Shown piece by piece: positions 63,468 through 64,000 of a stretch of DNA of 64,000 nucleotides. Within the stretch, counting starts at the first letter, position 1. The number at the start of each line of letters is the position of its first letter. The stretch is from assembly GCA_038998335.1 (NCBI GenBank), contig JAVZHQ010000001.1:544001-608000 (forward strand), in the 5' to 3' direction. Both the position numbers and the translations under genes were made by a program. Origin of the DNA: Candidatus Aenigmatarchaeota archaeon (lineage in GTDB: Archaea > Aenigmatarchaeota > Aenigmatarchaeia > CG10238-14 > SCSR01). The notes under the pieces were generated by a model, which searched no databases, was not told the origin of the DNA, and saw only the letters and a program-made list of their open reading frames with translations.

Positions 63468-64000
63468 ATGGCAAAGAAAAAAACCAAGAAAGTAAAAAGA
63501 GAGAAAGGTAAGAAGTTGGAGAAAACTGAAAAGAAAGTTGAGAGAAAAGAAAAATTTGAAAGAGAAAAAATTGAGAAGATTCAGGAAGAAAAAGCTGAGC
63601 TTGAAAGTATGCTGGGCTTTTTGGAAGATCAGTACAGAAAGGCAGAAATAAGCGAGAAAAGTTACTTGGAAACAAAGCTAAAATACCTTGAAAAACTTGA
63701 GAAGATAAACAAATTTTTAGAGAGGATGGGAGTTAGAGCTGAAGTTAAGCCAAGGGAAGAAAAGGTTGAGGTTAAAACTGAAGAAGTTGAAAAAGAAGTT
63801 GAAGTTCCGAAAGAGGAAAAGAAAGAGGAGAAAACTGAAGTTAAAACTTTTGAAACAATAGAACCTAAGGCAAGGCTTGGGTTTTTGAGTAAAATTTTTG
63901 GGAGAAAGAAAGAACAAAAAGTAGCTAAAAGTGAAGAAGAAACGAAAGCTGAAGAAGCTAAGCTTGAAGTAGCGATGTCTCCTCCAGTTTCTCCTCCTGC
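63468..64000 (+). CDS. Highly charged coiled-coil protein, 3'-truncated (not in ORF track)
   Basis: ATG directly follows the giant gene's TAA; MAKKKTKK...LEDQYRKAEISEKSY...; open to the window end. Confidence 0.8.
   Translation, partial: MAKKKTKKVKREKGKKLEKTEKKVERKEKFEREKIEKIQEEKAELESMLGFLEDQYRKAEISEKSYLETKLKYLEKLEKINKFLERMGVRAEVKPREEKVEVKTEEVEKEVEVPKEEKKEEKTEVKTFETIEPKARLGFLSKIFGRKKEQKVAKSEEETKAEEAKLEVAMSPPVSPP

Overview
AT-rich archaeal DNA, most likely a DPANN-type archaeon (Aenigmarchaeota-like). This is inferred from the S-layer gene, NreA, IorAB, Pth2, four intron-containing tRNAs without encoded CCA, and dense gene packing. The first ~28 kb holds housekeeping and envelope genes: DNA repair, iorAB, glycosyltransferases, S-layer, an intein-containing radical SAM gene, two toxin-antitoxin pairs and MinD. 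The last ~35 kb is dominated by one intact ~11,400-aa ORF. It encodes a predicted secreted, Cys- and sequon-rich protein with about 20 ~1-kb 'GWG' repeats, a C-terminal TM helix and a cytoplasmic HerA/FtsK/VirB4-like P-loop ATPase. It is flanked upstream by a small pilin-signal-like gene and downstream by a charged coiled-coil gene. It is divergent from a wHTH-MinD operon across a spacer full of GTCGA/TCGAC boxes. This giant adhesin-ATPase locus is the main candidate for an undescribed system. Secondary signals: related 12-nt introns at position 29/30 in two different tRNAs, a 10-nt intron, insertions that duplicate start codons at gene-overlap junctions, a shared upstream motif for nreA and a LAGLIDADG-HTH gene, and a 9-codon mini-gene. 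All assignments are by-eye motif recognition; no database searches were run.
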